From NCBI GenBank assembly GCA_001949185.1, contig BDGG01000010.1:535337-599336 (forward strand): a stretch of 64,000 nucleotides of DNA, given 5' to 3'. This stretch comes from Ramazzottius varieornatus (taxonomy: Eukaryota; Animalia; Tardigrada). The number at the start of each line of letters is the position of its first letter. Position 1 is the stretch's first letter. The position numbers were made by a program, and so were the translations under genes. The notes beneath the pieces were generated by a model. The model made no database searches. It saw only the letters and a list, made by a program, of their open reading frames with translations, and was not told the origin of the DNA. Shown one piece after another: positions 51,866-64,000 of this stretch.

Positions 51866-54369
51866 ATGGAGTTTGACGATATCCTGCTGGACGTTGGGGA
51901 CTACTCACGATACCAGCTTCTCGTTCTATTTTGCTTCTGTCTACCCATGTGTATTTTCTCCGGACTCCATGCATTCATCCAGGTACGGTATGACGGCTAA
52001 ACCTCCGTTATTTAGTACTTAACACTTTCAGCACGATCGTTTTCATGTTTGCAGAATACTACCCTCCTCTTTGTGTATACAGGAATTTTATTGGCTGGTA
52101 CCGTGTTGCGGAGGCTGGTCCAACCAATAGACAATTTTCGTAATTTCAAAATTCGGATAATTGGCAGGCCATGAGCCCCAAATCTCAAAAGGGAGAACTG
52201 GTCGTCTTGATTTTCTTCTGACCGCACTGATGAATACAAACTTTATCCCAGGCTCGGCTTCGATAGATAAGACTGTCCCCAGTGCTCCAGTTTTTTTTCT
52301 AAGGGAATACCGTGCACGTGTCTCGCGCGAAGAGACGAAACACCAAATTTCACCAAAACCACCCGAAACCGTAGAAAAGATTTCCAGCGTGCTGGGGTTT
52401 TGCTGACCGCTGGTCATTAGTGTTGCTTTGGTGAGAAGACTAAGGTACATGCAAACAAAAAGACCCAGACCCGAAAGACCAAAAGCTAACACTGGGAGGT
52501 GAATAAAACTGAGTGATTGTATACACAAAGAGGACGGTCGTACGCAGAGTGTTAATTTGCAACGGACCGTTAGCTGACCAAATTGAGTTGTCTTCGCAGC
52601 TTTTCCTTTCGGCGCCACCGCAGGACTACTGGTGTACCGTCTCTCCGCTTTCCACTTTGAACAAGAGCACCATGCTTTTACTTGCCATACCCCGTCTCAA
52701 CGCATCTCCGAAAGACGAGGACTCCCTCGACCTTCCCCACGACTTCAGTCGCTGTCACATGTACGCCCGCAACTACTCTTCTTATCATTCCCTCAATCCT
52801 ACCACCCTCAACGTTTTCCTGATGTCCGACAATGATCCCAATCAAATCATCCCCTGTCAGCACGGCTGGACCTACGAAGCCTCGATCCACTCGACCATCG
52901 TCGAATGGGATCTTGTCTGCACTCGGGACACCTACTCAACCTTGGCCTTGTTCATCTTTACGCTGGGTAGTGTGACAGGTTTAATGTGCTTCGGAGCCAT
53001 GTCTGACTACCTGGGTCGCAAGCCAGCCATGTTCGCCTGCTTAGCCGTCCAGATAATCTTTGGTACACTCAGCGGACTCGCGCCGACCTTCGCTCTTTGG
53101 TGTGTGGCTCGCTTCTTTGTGGGATTTACCATACCTTCAGCGCTCCGCATTCCCATGATCTTCGCTATTGAGCTAGTCCGGCCGGAAAAACGAACTCGGG
53201 TGGGCATAATGACCACTGCCTTCTACAGTATTGGAACCATTTTACTGGCTGGACTGGCCTACCTTCTTCCTCACTGGCGCCCTCTATCCCTCGCAGTCGC
53301 TCTACCGGAAACCGTCCTACTCTTCTTGTGGCACTTCGTCCCGGAGAGTCCGCGTTGGCTGCTGGCAAATAACCGCAGTGTCGAGATCAAGAGTTTCTTG
53401 CAATATGCCGCCAGAGTCAATGGACGGTTCTTAGGTTCGAACACAATGAGTAACATGGACTTGATACTCGACCATCATAACAGGAGGGAAACTCCATCGT
53501 ACGGAATCGCCGATCTCTTCCGGCTGCCGAATATGCGAAGAAAAACTCTCCTCATTACATTGATCTGGTTCAGCAATATCTCTGTGTACATGGGCTTGAG
53601 TTACTACGCACCGACGTTAGGCAGTGGAACAATCTACCTAAAATACTTCCTCTCCATGTTGATCGAGATTCCTGCCTACCCACTTGTTTGGTCCCTGACG
53701 GAGGCCTTAGGAAGAAGACTACCGTTGTGTTGTCTAATGCTTGTCGGAGGGATGCTTTGTGTCGTGACGGTGCTGTTACCCACCTATAGTACGAACATAA
53801 TTTTGTCGATGTACCTTCTTGGGAAATTCGCGATCTCCGGGTCCTTCTTCGTACTGTCAATTCATGCCGGCGAACTGTACCCGACGGTTGTGCGTGGGAT
53901 CGGACTGGGGACCAGTGCAACCATTGCGACGTTGGGAGTGTGTCTTGCCCCCCTGATCATCCATCTGGGTAAGGACTACATGACACTACCCTTGGCCATC
54001 TTCGGGGTCTTCGCCATACTTGGGGGCTTTTGCGCATTGTTTTTGCCGGAGACTTGGCATCAGAAGTTGCCGGAGACCCTGCAGGAGGGTGAGGAATTTG
54101 GAAAGGCAATGTCTGTGATGGATGATCTGAGACTGAAGGATGAACTGAGGGAGACAGCGAAAGAACTGGCCAAAGTGAGGATGCTGGCTGCCGGCGAGAA
54201 GACAGAAGTCTTTGGTGCACTGAATATCGAGAAGGAGGATGAAGACCTAGTGTTTGATCAACATGAGCATTTCCGAACGTTTCCGCAACCTGCAAATACC
54301 AAAAGATTGTCAGTTACTCGGTTGAACAATGGGAGAGGTTTTATGACCGATCATGATTCGTCCAGATAG
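51866..54369 (+). CDS. SLC22 organic cation transporter, carcinine-transporter-like, paralog 1
   Basis: MEFDDILLDVGDYSRYQ; exons 51866-51982 and 52600-54369; CQHGWTY..STIVEWDLVC; DYLGRK; PESPRWL; ELYPTVVRG; LPET. Confidence 0.93.
52023..52551. mobile_element. Non-autonomous piggyBac-like element (529 bp), copy 2, in SLC22 intron
   Basis: TTAA at 52019-52022 and 52552-52555; CAC...GTG ends; only about 5 substitutions seen vs copy 1. Confidence 0.9.
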
Positions 54370-55156
54370 ATTAATTGTTTTCGTTATCAACCAAATAGAA
54401 ACAATGAGTCTACGATTTTTTTTCCCCTGATACATCTGAGGTTACAGATTCAGCTATAAATTTATGAAAGATTTCAAGAGAACGTAGCCAGCTGCCGATT
54501 TACCTTGTACTGTAGTGTCGAAACACTCCAGTTATTACCTCGCTTATTGTCTTGCAAAGCGCTTCATTTTTCTCGTGGTGGCGCCACCTCTTCACGTGAG
54601 GCCATGCTGCTCCTGAATTTTCTGGAATGGCTGTCTGCAGCTACCGAGTTATAGCCAAAAACTTGTCTGATCGTAAGGCTGAGTAGGTTTGTATTTCCAA
54701 AAGATGCGGTAGAAAAACGTTGGATTTCCTTTGTGGTCTTCCATGTGATGGCTTGAGAAGCGGTGGACATGTGACTTTCAAAACTTATCTGTCCCAAATC
54801 GGGGTTGCCCACTCTTTGGTGCGATAGGCAAATTCAGCGTAGCTTTGATTAGGAAGTGAGCAAAGTACAAAGACAGTTTACCGATTTCGCAGTTTCGCAC
54901 TGATTTACTAGTTTCGTGCAAGAAAAGCCAGATGCTTCGGGCAGGACAACCCTGCAAACGCTTTCGTACCACAGTACAACACAGTTTGAGTCATCCGTTT
55001 GTCCGTAAAATTTATACCATGCATGAATCAGGTACAGTGAAAAGGAAAATTAGAGCATCAAGTCGCTGTAAAAGAAAGAAAGTCTGATCTGCGGTGATTT
55101 GTATACACGCTAACGCTTTACACTCTTTTTTCCGACCGTCCTAAGTAGTGAACCGG

Positions 55157-57511
55157 ATGGATTTCGATGACATTTTGCAGGTAAGTTAAAGTGGGTCTAC
55201 CGAAAAGCAGATCTAGATGTATTCCTCATCCCGCAGGATATTCTTTGCTTTAGGATATTGGCGAATTTGGACGTTACCAACAGCTGTTGCTGATCATTGT
55301 TATTCTGCCTTCTCTGATACCGGGTGGCTTTCATGGCTTTTCACAAGTAAGTACATCACTCATCGAGCCTGGATAAAACTAAATTCAACCGCTCAATTGT
55401 CCACGATTAGTTTTACAACCGATAAAACTGGTTCCTTCTGAAGCCTTGACGAGCACTGTTTGATGGACTGTCATTTCGAAACTCGGAATTCGTGTCATTT
55501 CGTAACCGTTTTTGAGTTTCTTCAATATTTTGTGATTGGAGTGAAGATCAACCGCCAATTGGCATGCAAGCGCGAGCACAAAATATCTTTTGATGTTGTA
55601 CGATCAATCAAGGGATTCAAGTCGGCTGTTTTTCTGCAGATATTCTCCGTCGGGGTCCCGGAAGATTACTGGTGTCGTCTCCCTCCATCTCTCTGTCAAA
55701 ACTTTACCGAAAACGATGCCAAAAAGTACTTTCTGCCCCAAGAGGGTGCCGGAAACGCTACTCGACATAGCCAGTGCCGCATGTTCGACGTCGATCCCGA
55801 TCAATTTCTCGATTTGGTGACGAACCTCACCGTTCCTCGTTCCACCCCCACCATCCCATGTCAGCATGGTTGGGAGTACGACCGATCAGTCTACAGGTCC
55901 ACGATCGCCACAGACTGGGACCTGGTCTGCGACAAAGACTTTTTCCCCACCCTATCCCTCTTCATCAACACCGTGGGAACCCTTGTCGGTTCCCTCATCT
56001 TCGGATACCTCATTGATCGTATTGGTCGGAAGAAAACCTTCTTCCTCGTTCTAGCTATTCAGATCGCTAGTGGTCTCGCAACGGCAGCTGCCCCGGAATT
56101 CTGGACTTTCTGTTTCTTCCGGTACCGTCTTGAACCCTAACCACGTATTCCTTCAGGATTGAGTGTTAGGTCTTTCAGGTTTTTCAACGGACTGACGCTG
56201 ATTCCGTCATGGATTATCCCCTTCATTCTGTGTATGGAACTGATTGGTCCATCAAAGCGGGCACCGGTGGGCACTACGATGTCCTTGGCTTTGACGCTGG
56301 GCGTCATTAGCTTGGCTGGAGTAGCCTGGCTCATTCGAGACTGGGTCCAGTTGCAGCTGGCAGTGACGCTACCATTTGTGGTCTTTCTCGGATACTGGTG
56401 GTTTTTGCCCGAATCCCCGCGATGGCTCCTGTCACAAGGAAAGTTCGATGAAACTATGGATATCGTGAGGAGGATAGCCAAAGTCAATGGAGTCAAATTG
56501 CGGGAAAACTATATCGAGGAAATGTTCGCGAAGTACAAAGCGGCCAAAGCACTTGCAGCTGATCACAAGTAAGGGATGCCGACCGTAAAATTATTTTAGC
56601 GAAACTGACAAAAAGTTTGGATGAAGTCTTGACGCCTTGTTTGGCTTATCGTGCCGCACAATGTCAGTCTGGTTGGAAAATTTATTCGGCATATCTACTT
56701 GACTTTTTTCTACGATTTCTGGTTACTGGAGGTTGTTGACTGTCAATGTGTGGCTTGTAGGCAGTACGACGCATTTGATCTCTTTCGAACGCCGAATTTG
56801 CGGAAAAAGACCATCGTTATCATCTTTGACACATTCTGTGTATACTCCGTCTACAACGGCCTCAACTTTTTCGTTCCCCATCTGGGCAGCGAAGAACACA
56901 TCAGCTTCCTCCTTGCGTCCCTCGTCGAGTTGCCCTCCTACCTCGTCCTCTACCTCACGCTCAACCGTTTTGGACGGCGACCTGTCCTCCTGCTCTCCAT
57001 GGTCCTCGGTGGAGCTTTCTGTATCCTTTGTTCCGTGGTACCCGAGAACAACGACCACCTCGTCAAAGTCACATTCCTCATATCAAAGTTTTGCATTACC
57101 TGCTCGTACTTCGTGACAGACTTGTTTGCCACCGAACTCTTCCCTACGGTGGTGCGCGGTGCCGGTGCGTCGCTAAGCCAGACCATATCGGCTGTTGGAC
57201 TTTGTTTCAGCCCGCTGATTGCCTACTTTGCCCATAAATTGTTTTATCTGCCCTTGTTGATCTTTGGCTTGTTGTCGATTGTCGGTGGAGTCGTCAGTAT
57301 GATATTGCCCGAAACGGTTAATCAGCCATTGCCTGAAACGCTCGAAGAGGGTGAGGAGTTCGGGAAGACCCATCGGTGGACTGCTTGGGCAAGGTCACCG
57401 TCACAGTCACCTGCCAGCATTACTATACACCAAAGAAGAAGTGATGGAGATGTAGAGACGTCTAGAAATTTGTTAGGTGGCAATGGGCTTTCACCGCAGA
57501 GAGCCGCGTAG
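55157..57511 (+). CDS. SLC22 organic cation transporter, carcinine-transporter-like, paralog 2
   Basis: MDFDDILQ|DIGEFGRYQ; DWDLVCDKDFFPTL; DRIGRK; PESPRWL; ELFPTVVRG; LPETLEEGEEFG. 5 exons. Confidence 0.93.
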
Positions 57512-57772
57512 CCTCTTGTAGTTTCTAAAATTTTGTTTTGACCTAAGTTAGAGAGTTGTGAAACCAGGAACTGGCGGGCCTTTTTCAAAATTTCTGAAAG
57601 TTTTTGTACATACTATTGCGCCAGAAATCCAGATGGGGTAGTGGGAAAAAGCTTGTTAGCACGAGCTATTTCTCTGTTGACTTCCTTGATAGAGAATCGT
57701 CGCATCAGATTCCTGTTTTCCCTGTTCGGATGCTGTAAAAGCGTGCGATGGCGTTGACTGCCGGCAAAAACG

Positions 57773-58297
57773 TTAGCTAAGGAACCCTGAGTTGGCATCT
57801 CGAAGAACTACTTCGGATATTTTCGAGGAGCGATGGTAGCGATGAGAAAATTCCGCCCATTTTTGATGCCGGGCTGCTGAGGAACAACGATCGCAGGTAC
57901 GAGTACCGATCGTCAGAAGACCAGTGCGGGTGGCAGCACCGTCGGTCGACATCAACGGAAACCAGCCCACTTCACGCCCCAAACGGACATGTTCTGTTGA
58001 CTGAAAGGAGCTCTTACTGTGATGCCGCTTAATTTCAGGCTTTTCCGCTACGTACAAGACATCCACTCGTATCCGTGCTTGTTTGGCTCGCATGAGAGAA
58101 AGTGCCTTCCTTTCCATCAGTCTTTTAAACTCATCAAGCATTAATCCAGTTCGATCGTCCAGCCTCCTGTACAAATCGTTTAATCCGAAGAATGCGGCGG
58201 GAAGAGTAATTGGGGCAAAGCGCAGAGCAGCTTTGAGCGTTTCATCAATCTGCATGGTCGCCTTTGCTGAGATATCATTATTTAATCTAGTTTCATC
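57773..58297 (-). CDS. Hypothetical protein
   Basis: Open frame of 160+ codons with protein-like composition between SLC22 and TRAF4; no motif recognised. Confidence 0.3.
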   Translation of the reverse strand, partial: DETRLNNDISAKATMQIDETLKAALRFAPITLPAAFFGLNDLYRRLDDRTGLMLDEFKRLMERKALSLMRAKQARIRVDVLYVAEKPEIKRHHSKSSFQSTEHVRLGREVGWFPLMSTDGAATRTGLLTIGTRTCDRCSSAARHQKWAEFSHRYHRSSKISEVVLRDANSGFLS

Positions 58298-58463
58298 CTA
58301 GCTCGTTTGAATTTGCGTCTGCCACTGCTTTTTCTGCCATTCTTCCTTGTCCGGCAGTATTTTGACATTTGGGACAAGTACAGTTGCATGAACGCGTCCA
58401 CTTACTCATCCTGTTCTGGAGGACTACGAAAGGGGAAACTGTGGTAGTTGTTTCCCGTCAAGA

Positions 58464-61400
58464 ATGCCTGGACACAAAGGCGATTACTTGACCACAGTTC
58501 CCAAGCATCTGAAGTGCCTCATTTGCCTACTGCCTTGTCGTGAAACGGTCTTGCTCAGCTCTTGTGGACATAAATATTGCGAGACGTGCATCCACAACTA
58601 CTTCAGGTACAACCTGAATTTTCCAATACAGAGTAGCTCTCCATTTCCGAATAACTTGGTACCACAATCAAGAAACGAAACTTCTGTTATGACTATTTCT
58701 ATGTCTCCTGACCTCGCTAATTTTTTAATACTGTAGGAGCAGACTTTTTGCACCAGCAGTTTCTCCGGTTGGATTGCCGTTTTTTTACACGGACTTTCCA
58801 GGAAGTGGTACGATAGTATAGCCTATGTGATAGTTGCAAACAAATTTGGTATCCATGGTCTGCGAAAATTTTTTTGGGGGTTACTGAAACATCTTTTAGG
58901 ACAATACATTCCTGGTGTGCATCTCAGTGCCACCGATTATGCGCCATGTCATTTGCCATCGATGGTTTATTGGGCTTATTGTGACACAGTCAGGGTTCAG
59001 AAGAGCTATATTTCATCGGTTGTTTTTGTCATATAATAACGTAATAACCAGGCTATTATGACTTTTCGGGGTTGACCGTCGATCTTGTTGGATTAGATGG
59101 CGTGAAATATTGTCGGCCTGCTGACCGAACCATAAACCCCGTGGACTAGACAGCGCAGCAGTTCCAAAACACTTCAACAGCCGTAATAATGCCCATCCAA
59201 ATTGTATATCTATCTATCTATCTATCTATCTATCGAAACTCCCAAGACATTTTCCCTGAAGTAGACTGAAGTTGTACTTCAGGTAGTCGTCGTTATAGAC
59301 CTAAGATTAATCATGTGCTGGTGCTTTATGCTCCGACAGCTTTCAAGTGGTGATATTACCGCATTTGACAGCTGACTGACCACAAGCCGACTTGTTCCTT
59401 TACTGTGAAGACGAGTAGTTGTGCTGTTTAGTCGGACTTCAGTGTCGCTTCGACTTCTATTTCCTGTTTTTCCTTTCTATCTATAACTAGCTAGTGGTTC
59501 TGACCACTGAGAAGGCTGAGTAGAAGCAAAGAAGCACAAGTTTTGCGATTAAAAACTTTTGCTACTCGGATCAAGTTGCGCACCTGTTTTCAGTAAAGAG
59601 GTTGGGATATCTGAAAGCTCGAACAATCTGATCGTCCATTGAAATCTCGACAGACTTAAAAGGGACTCGCTTCGCTCGGCCTGAAAATATTGGGTGTGAG
59701 GTGTTACCGCCAGGTTGGCCTTACGCAAACAAGCTCCACTCATGCCTGTTGCTACTTCAAAATATCTTCGTAGATTCACCGCCATAAAAGTCCACCGACG
59801 CACACGCTGTAGTGTTCAGTTATGGCAGAACAGGTACAGCACTCCAAGAGTGTTGTCAGAGAGACAAAAGGAGTAGCGGAGTTAATTTCAAAACCGGGTT
59901 GGGGTACTCCGAAGAGCAAGGTTCGAGCCTCCGTCACCAACCAGAGGTTTCGAAGCCGATTTTCGGTGGTATCAGATGATAATTAAAGATGGTAGAGTTT
60001 ATAAGACTCCTGTGTACCTAAGCTCTGGGATCATGGAGTTCGGGCATCTTGTTTACGTAGACTGTGGACGGGCGTTCATACAATGTCCATATCTCTGCAC
60101 GCATTTGTACCGCTCTATAGCCAGCTAAGAGACGCGTCTTTTGAAAATGGAGTCGTTAACCGGATTGCGGACATGGGCTATTGAGGAATTAGCGTGTTTC
60201 TGCGTGACTGTAAAAGCGGGCAAAAGTGATTCGCACAGTGCGTGTGCTACGTTGGGTGATGAGCGCACGTGTCTGTCCACTATTCTTTTGCACGCACAAA
60301 GAGTGTGAAAAGCGCCAGCATAATAATCAACATTTCCGGTCTTACGCCCGGCATTTTAAACTCTAAATCCGTTTTGCGCAAAAAGTAATGATGAGTTTCA
60401 TCCAGTTTATGATTTGTGCTGGTCTTATGTAGCAATAGAAAAAACCTCACTACTTCGATAGAGCTTCAAGCACAGCTACGAATTGGAGAAGGTTTTGGGC
60501 TTTGGAGATTTTCTATGAATCGTTATTCTGCATGGGGCATCCTTTGTTACAGTGCGGGAAGCTTCGTCTGTCCGGAAGATAAGCGCTCACTGGATTACGC
60601 GAAAGTAAGTCAAGTGTCTCATTAATCCATACTTTCAGTTTTTGACAACCTAATTGCCGCAAATTTTTGGTCCGCATTTCCTGCTTAATGAGCCGTTTTC
60701 CAACATTCTTCGTCCAAGTGCCTGAAAAATTCCAAAGTCCTCAAACACTTTGACAATTTTAAAAGCGGACGACGCAGATATCGATCTATTTGCACAACTT
60801 ATTAGGCCCAGGTCGTAAATACGGTCCATCAATATGCTAAGCAGTGTGAAAAGTGATGAAGTGCGGAAGTGACAAGTGTGCTCTCGTATTATCGATAATA
60901 CGCTCGTGAGCCCTTCTCTGCTTAATCAGCTGGACACTTCCCAGATTACCTACTTGCCCGGTAGCCACTGTAGCGAATAATATTTTCCAATTCCACAGAT
61001 TTATCCCGACCCAGCCACGGATGACGCCGTGTCGAAATTGCAGCTAAAATGTCCTTCGCACAAGCAAGGCTGCCACTGGACCGGTCAGTTGAAAGCCCTT
61101 CCGGTAAGTCGCGTGGACCATTATCCCTTTACAGTCATTGCACCCCTTTGAACCGGAATGTTCATTGTCCGTTGGATCGAGTAAGTGACAAATAAGTCTG
61201 AAATTTGACACATCGTGTTGCATACAGGACCATTTGGAGGAATGCCCTTTTGATGTCATTGAATGTCCCAATCAGTGCTTCACGAGAAGTGCCCGTCAAA
61301 ACATGGCGCAGCATATTCTATTCTCTTGTCCAAAACGGAAACTTCCCTGTCCGCATTGCAGTGATTTGTTCGCTAGCGAACTCCTTGACGTAAGCTAAAT

Positions 61401-62651
61401 GAGTTCTTTAGTATCTTGATCTAAACCGCGGAAATTCGTAACACAGCTAGTCAACGTCATGCTTGAAGCCGAATTTACCAGCCAAACTTCGAAATCTAGC
61501 TTGACCGAAAACTGTATGGATCGAATGTTCCAAAACTTTTAGTTATTGCTGGCAGTTTTCTACGTGTGAACATGTTCCCGTGCATGTACCGAAAAACGTT
61601 CCGCTTCTTCCGTCCGTGCATTCAACAGGCCGCTCTACTGTTTTCTCAGGACCATTCGAACCGCTGCCCGAAGGAGCTGCTGTATTGTGAGAAAAAGTGC
61701 GGCGAGCAACTGCAGCGCCACCTGTTGCCCAACCACGAGATGAACGAGTGCCCCAAGCGCGTACTTCCTTGTCCCTATAACTGTGGACGGGACTTCGGAT
61801 ACGACACTCTACCTGGTCACTTACCTAACTGTCCGAAGTATCCTCTCCTCTGTCCGAACAGCTGCTCCATGACCAATCTTTCTCGAAATGACCTACCTGC
61901 ACATCTCGCCGAAGGCTGCGCCTCTTCTGTGTTATCATGTCCGCTGAAAGAACTTGGATGTCATTTCAAGGTACTCATGAGTTAAGTGAAGGATAACTCG
62001 TACCTTGTAGCCTAGAAACCTGTGTTTTGTCGGTAGGGTCCATCTTTGAAGATGGATCAGCATTTAGCGAAGACCCAGATGAATCATTTTCAGCTGCTGA
62101 TGGAAGCCTACACGAAGCAGAAGACCCACATTCAAATACTCTCTTCAGCCGTGAACCATTTACAAGCCAGCCATGACGGTGTCCTCTTATGGAAGATCTC
62201 CAATTTCTCGGTGAAATTTGACGAGGCGAAAGCCAAAGACGGATGTGAGCTACAAAGTCCGGTGTTCTATTCTGCAAAGTACGGTTATAAGCTACAGGCT
62301 ACGTTGTTCCTGAACGGAAACGGGGAAGGAGAGGGCAAGTACTTGTCGATGTACATCAAGCTCCTGGCGGGAGAGTACGACGCGTTACTGTCTTGGCCGT
62401 TCCGTCTTCCCATCGGCTTCACGTTGCTGGACCAGTCTCCCGATCTGGAAAAGAGGGTGCATGTGAAGGAGTTTTTCATTCCAGATCCTTCGTGTAAGCT
62501 GTTTCATCGCCCGTTGAAGTCCTGCAGGATGCTTGGCTTTGGACATGCCAAGTTTGTCAGCCATGACCTGTTGCGGAAAAGAAATTATATACGTGAAGAC
62601 GTGATTTTTATCAAAGTCAAAGCTTCGAACATAAACGAAAAATCTGGATAA
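58464..62651 (+). CDS. TRAF4: TNF receptor-associated factor 4
   Basis: MPG start; RING CLICLLP..CGHKYCETC; FVCPEDKRSLDYAK|IYPDP (TRAF4-typical); TRAF zinc fingers; MATH domain GVLLWKI..SPVFYSAKYGYKLQATLFLNGNG..YDALLSWPF. Confidence 0.95.
59207..59234. repeat. (TATC)7 microsatellite in TRAF4 intron 1
   Basis: Seven perfect TATC units. Confidence 0.95.
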
Positions 62652-63762
62652 CAGAGATGTTTTCCTGTCTATCGTGAAATTTTGTTTGTGCTTGTTGAAT
62701 CTCAAAAACTGAAAGACCGGGCAGTCTGACGACTTTTTCGGGTAACTTCACTTTGAGGATATAGACTGGTAGGGATAAAGTTTCGAAACCGCCAAAATAA
62801 TGCAGCTGACAGCCTGTGGTAAATTTAGAGGAAAATGCAGATCATCGGGGAATCGAAGCCGAGGTGAGATATATTCATGCATCGTAAACCATGCAATGTT
62901 CGGGACGAGCCGCTGAATATGGCCTTGCACAAACTATTTGTGGCGTCCATCAACTGATCAATCATAGGCTCCGACAGCAATAAAATTATTTTGACTACTG
63001 TACGCTGATTGATTTCCGCGTCTGTCTTCCAGACTCCGTACGAGGTTTCTTTTTCTTTCCTCTTTCCCAACCCTCTTTGGAGAAATATCTTATACAGATA
63101 AACGGCGGTAAACTTCTACTATGTGGGAAATGCTTCCCTACTCGCGGTCCTATAGCATTAGTTCGTAAGTAAGGTCCTGTGACTACGGGTAGGGGAGTAT
63201 TTCCCACATTTGCAGCAGGAAAGCTGCGGTTAACTTTGGCTCACTTTGGTTCCTCAAAGGTTTTCCGTCTCGATAATGAACGCGAGACAGGAATTGTTAA
63301 ACTTTTAGCGAGAGGAGAGTCAGACTGGCTCTCCACAAGGAATGATCGAGATCTCGTAAGTTGTGCAAAAGTTTCCTGCCGCTGCGATTCTGAGCCTTCA
63401 CGGAATAAGTTCTACGCCGGTGCTCTTAAGCTGGAGGTTCTTGATGTGCTTATGATGGTTGGTTGGCTTTTAAATTTCGTGCTTCGGGCTGTCTCGTCGC
63501 CACATATCGTCACGACGTACAGTAAATGCGTACAGCGAGTGTGCTGGAGTAGGGACCAAATGAAACAACGATCAACTACATATTCTCGGTTTTACTTCCA
63601 CATTTGTAAGCACCCACGGCTGTTCAACAGGTTAAAACTACGAAGAAGCTCGACGATGAAACCAGATGTTGCATCAACCGTCACAAACTGATTTTGAAAT
63701 ATTACGGCTGCGGTGTACGGAAACAACAGCGGGACTGGAAATCCTGGGACCACAAAAATGTG

Positions 63763-63909
63763 CTACTGATTGTGGTTGTGTCCGAGGGCTTTCTCCAAGG
63801 AGTTGTTGGCGTCGGGCACGTACTCGCTTTGGGCCTTGGCTGCAGGGCTGTCGTCTCCGGTGTCCGTCATGTCGTGCTGTGCTCGGCCCTCCTCGGTGTT
63901 GATGTTACC
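63763..63909 (-). CDS. Probable terminal exon of a gene starting beyond the window
   Basis: TTGTAG acceptor followed by 49-codon frame GNINTEEGRAQHDMTDTGDDSPAAKAQSEYVPDANNSLEKALGHNHNQ-stop. Confidence 0.4.
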   Translation of the reverse strand, partial: GNINTEEGRAQHDMTDTGDDSPAAKAQSEYVPDANNSLEKALGHNHNQ

Positions 63910-64000
63910 CTACAATTTTCAAATGATCCAAACGATACGAAGAATATCACTGAACAATCAAGGGAACTGGAAAATTTTCCCCGGAATTTCGCATCTGTCA

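Noticed and set aside
59905-59945. B-box-like GGTTCGAGCC suggesting a tRNA or SINE
   Set aside because: Flanks do not form a T-stem and no cloverleaf or A box was found.

Overview
Gene-dense animal genomic DNA with many short GT-AG introns and one 50-N assembly gap (16264-16313). Compactness, short introns and a plant-type UGT suggest a small-genome invertebrate such as a eutardigrade; this is inference only. Recognisable genes: CCDC39-like (partial), a ZP-domain secreted protein, a secreted catalase-fold protein, an alpha-arrestin, a soluble plant-type UGT, an amidase-type PGRP, an ARSB/I/J-like arylsulfatase with a duplicated remnant, an SDR16C dehydrogenase, RAB3GAP2, PSMC4/Rpt3, SUMF1/FGE, a degenerate NYN-domain protein, two tandem SLC22 (CarT-like) transporters and TRAF4. 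There are also several orphan genes and GPCR, BTB-BACK and membrane-protein pseudogenes. Mobile DNA: a 2.9-kb intron-containing pogo-like transposon, two near-identical piggyBac-like MITEs and three TA-flanked MITEs. The most striking unexplained signal is a dispersed, mostly intronic element: inverted GTGGCGCAC half-sites separated by a spacer of variable sequence but near-fixed length (25 bp in 9 of 11 units, 7 loci). Several enzymes carry substitutions at canonical active-site positions (catalase-fold, UGT, sulfatase, NYN, AAA+-like). All family assignments come from motif recognition by eye; no searches were run.
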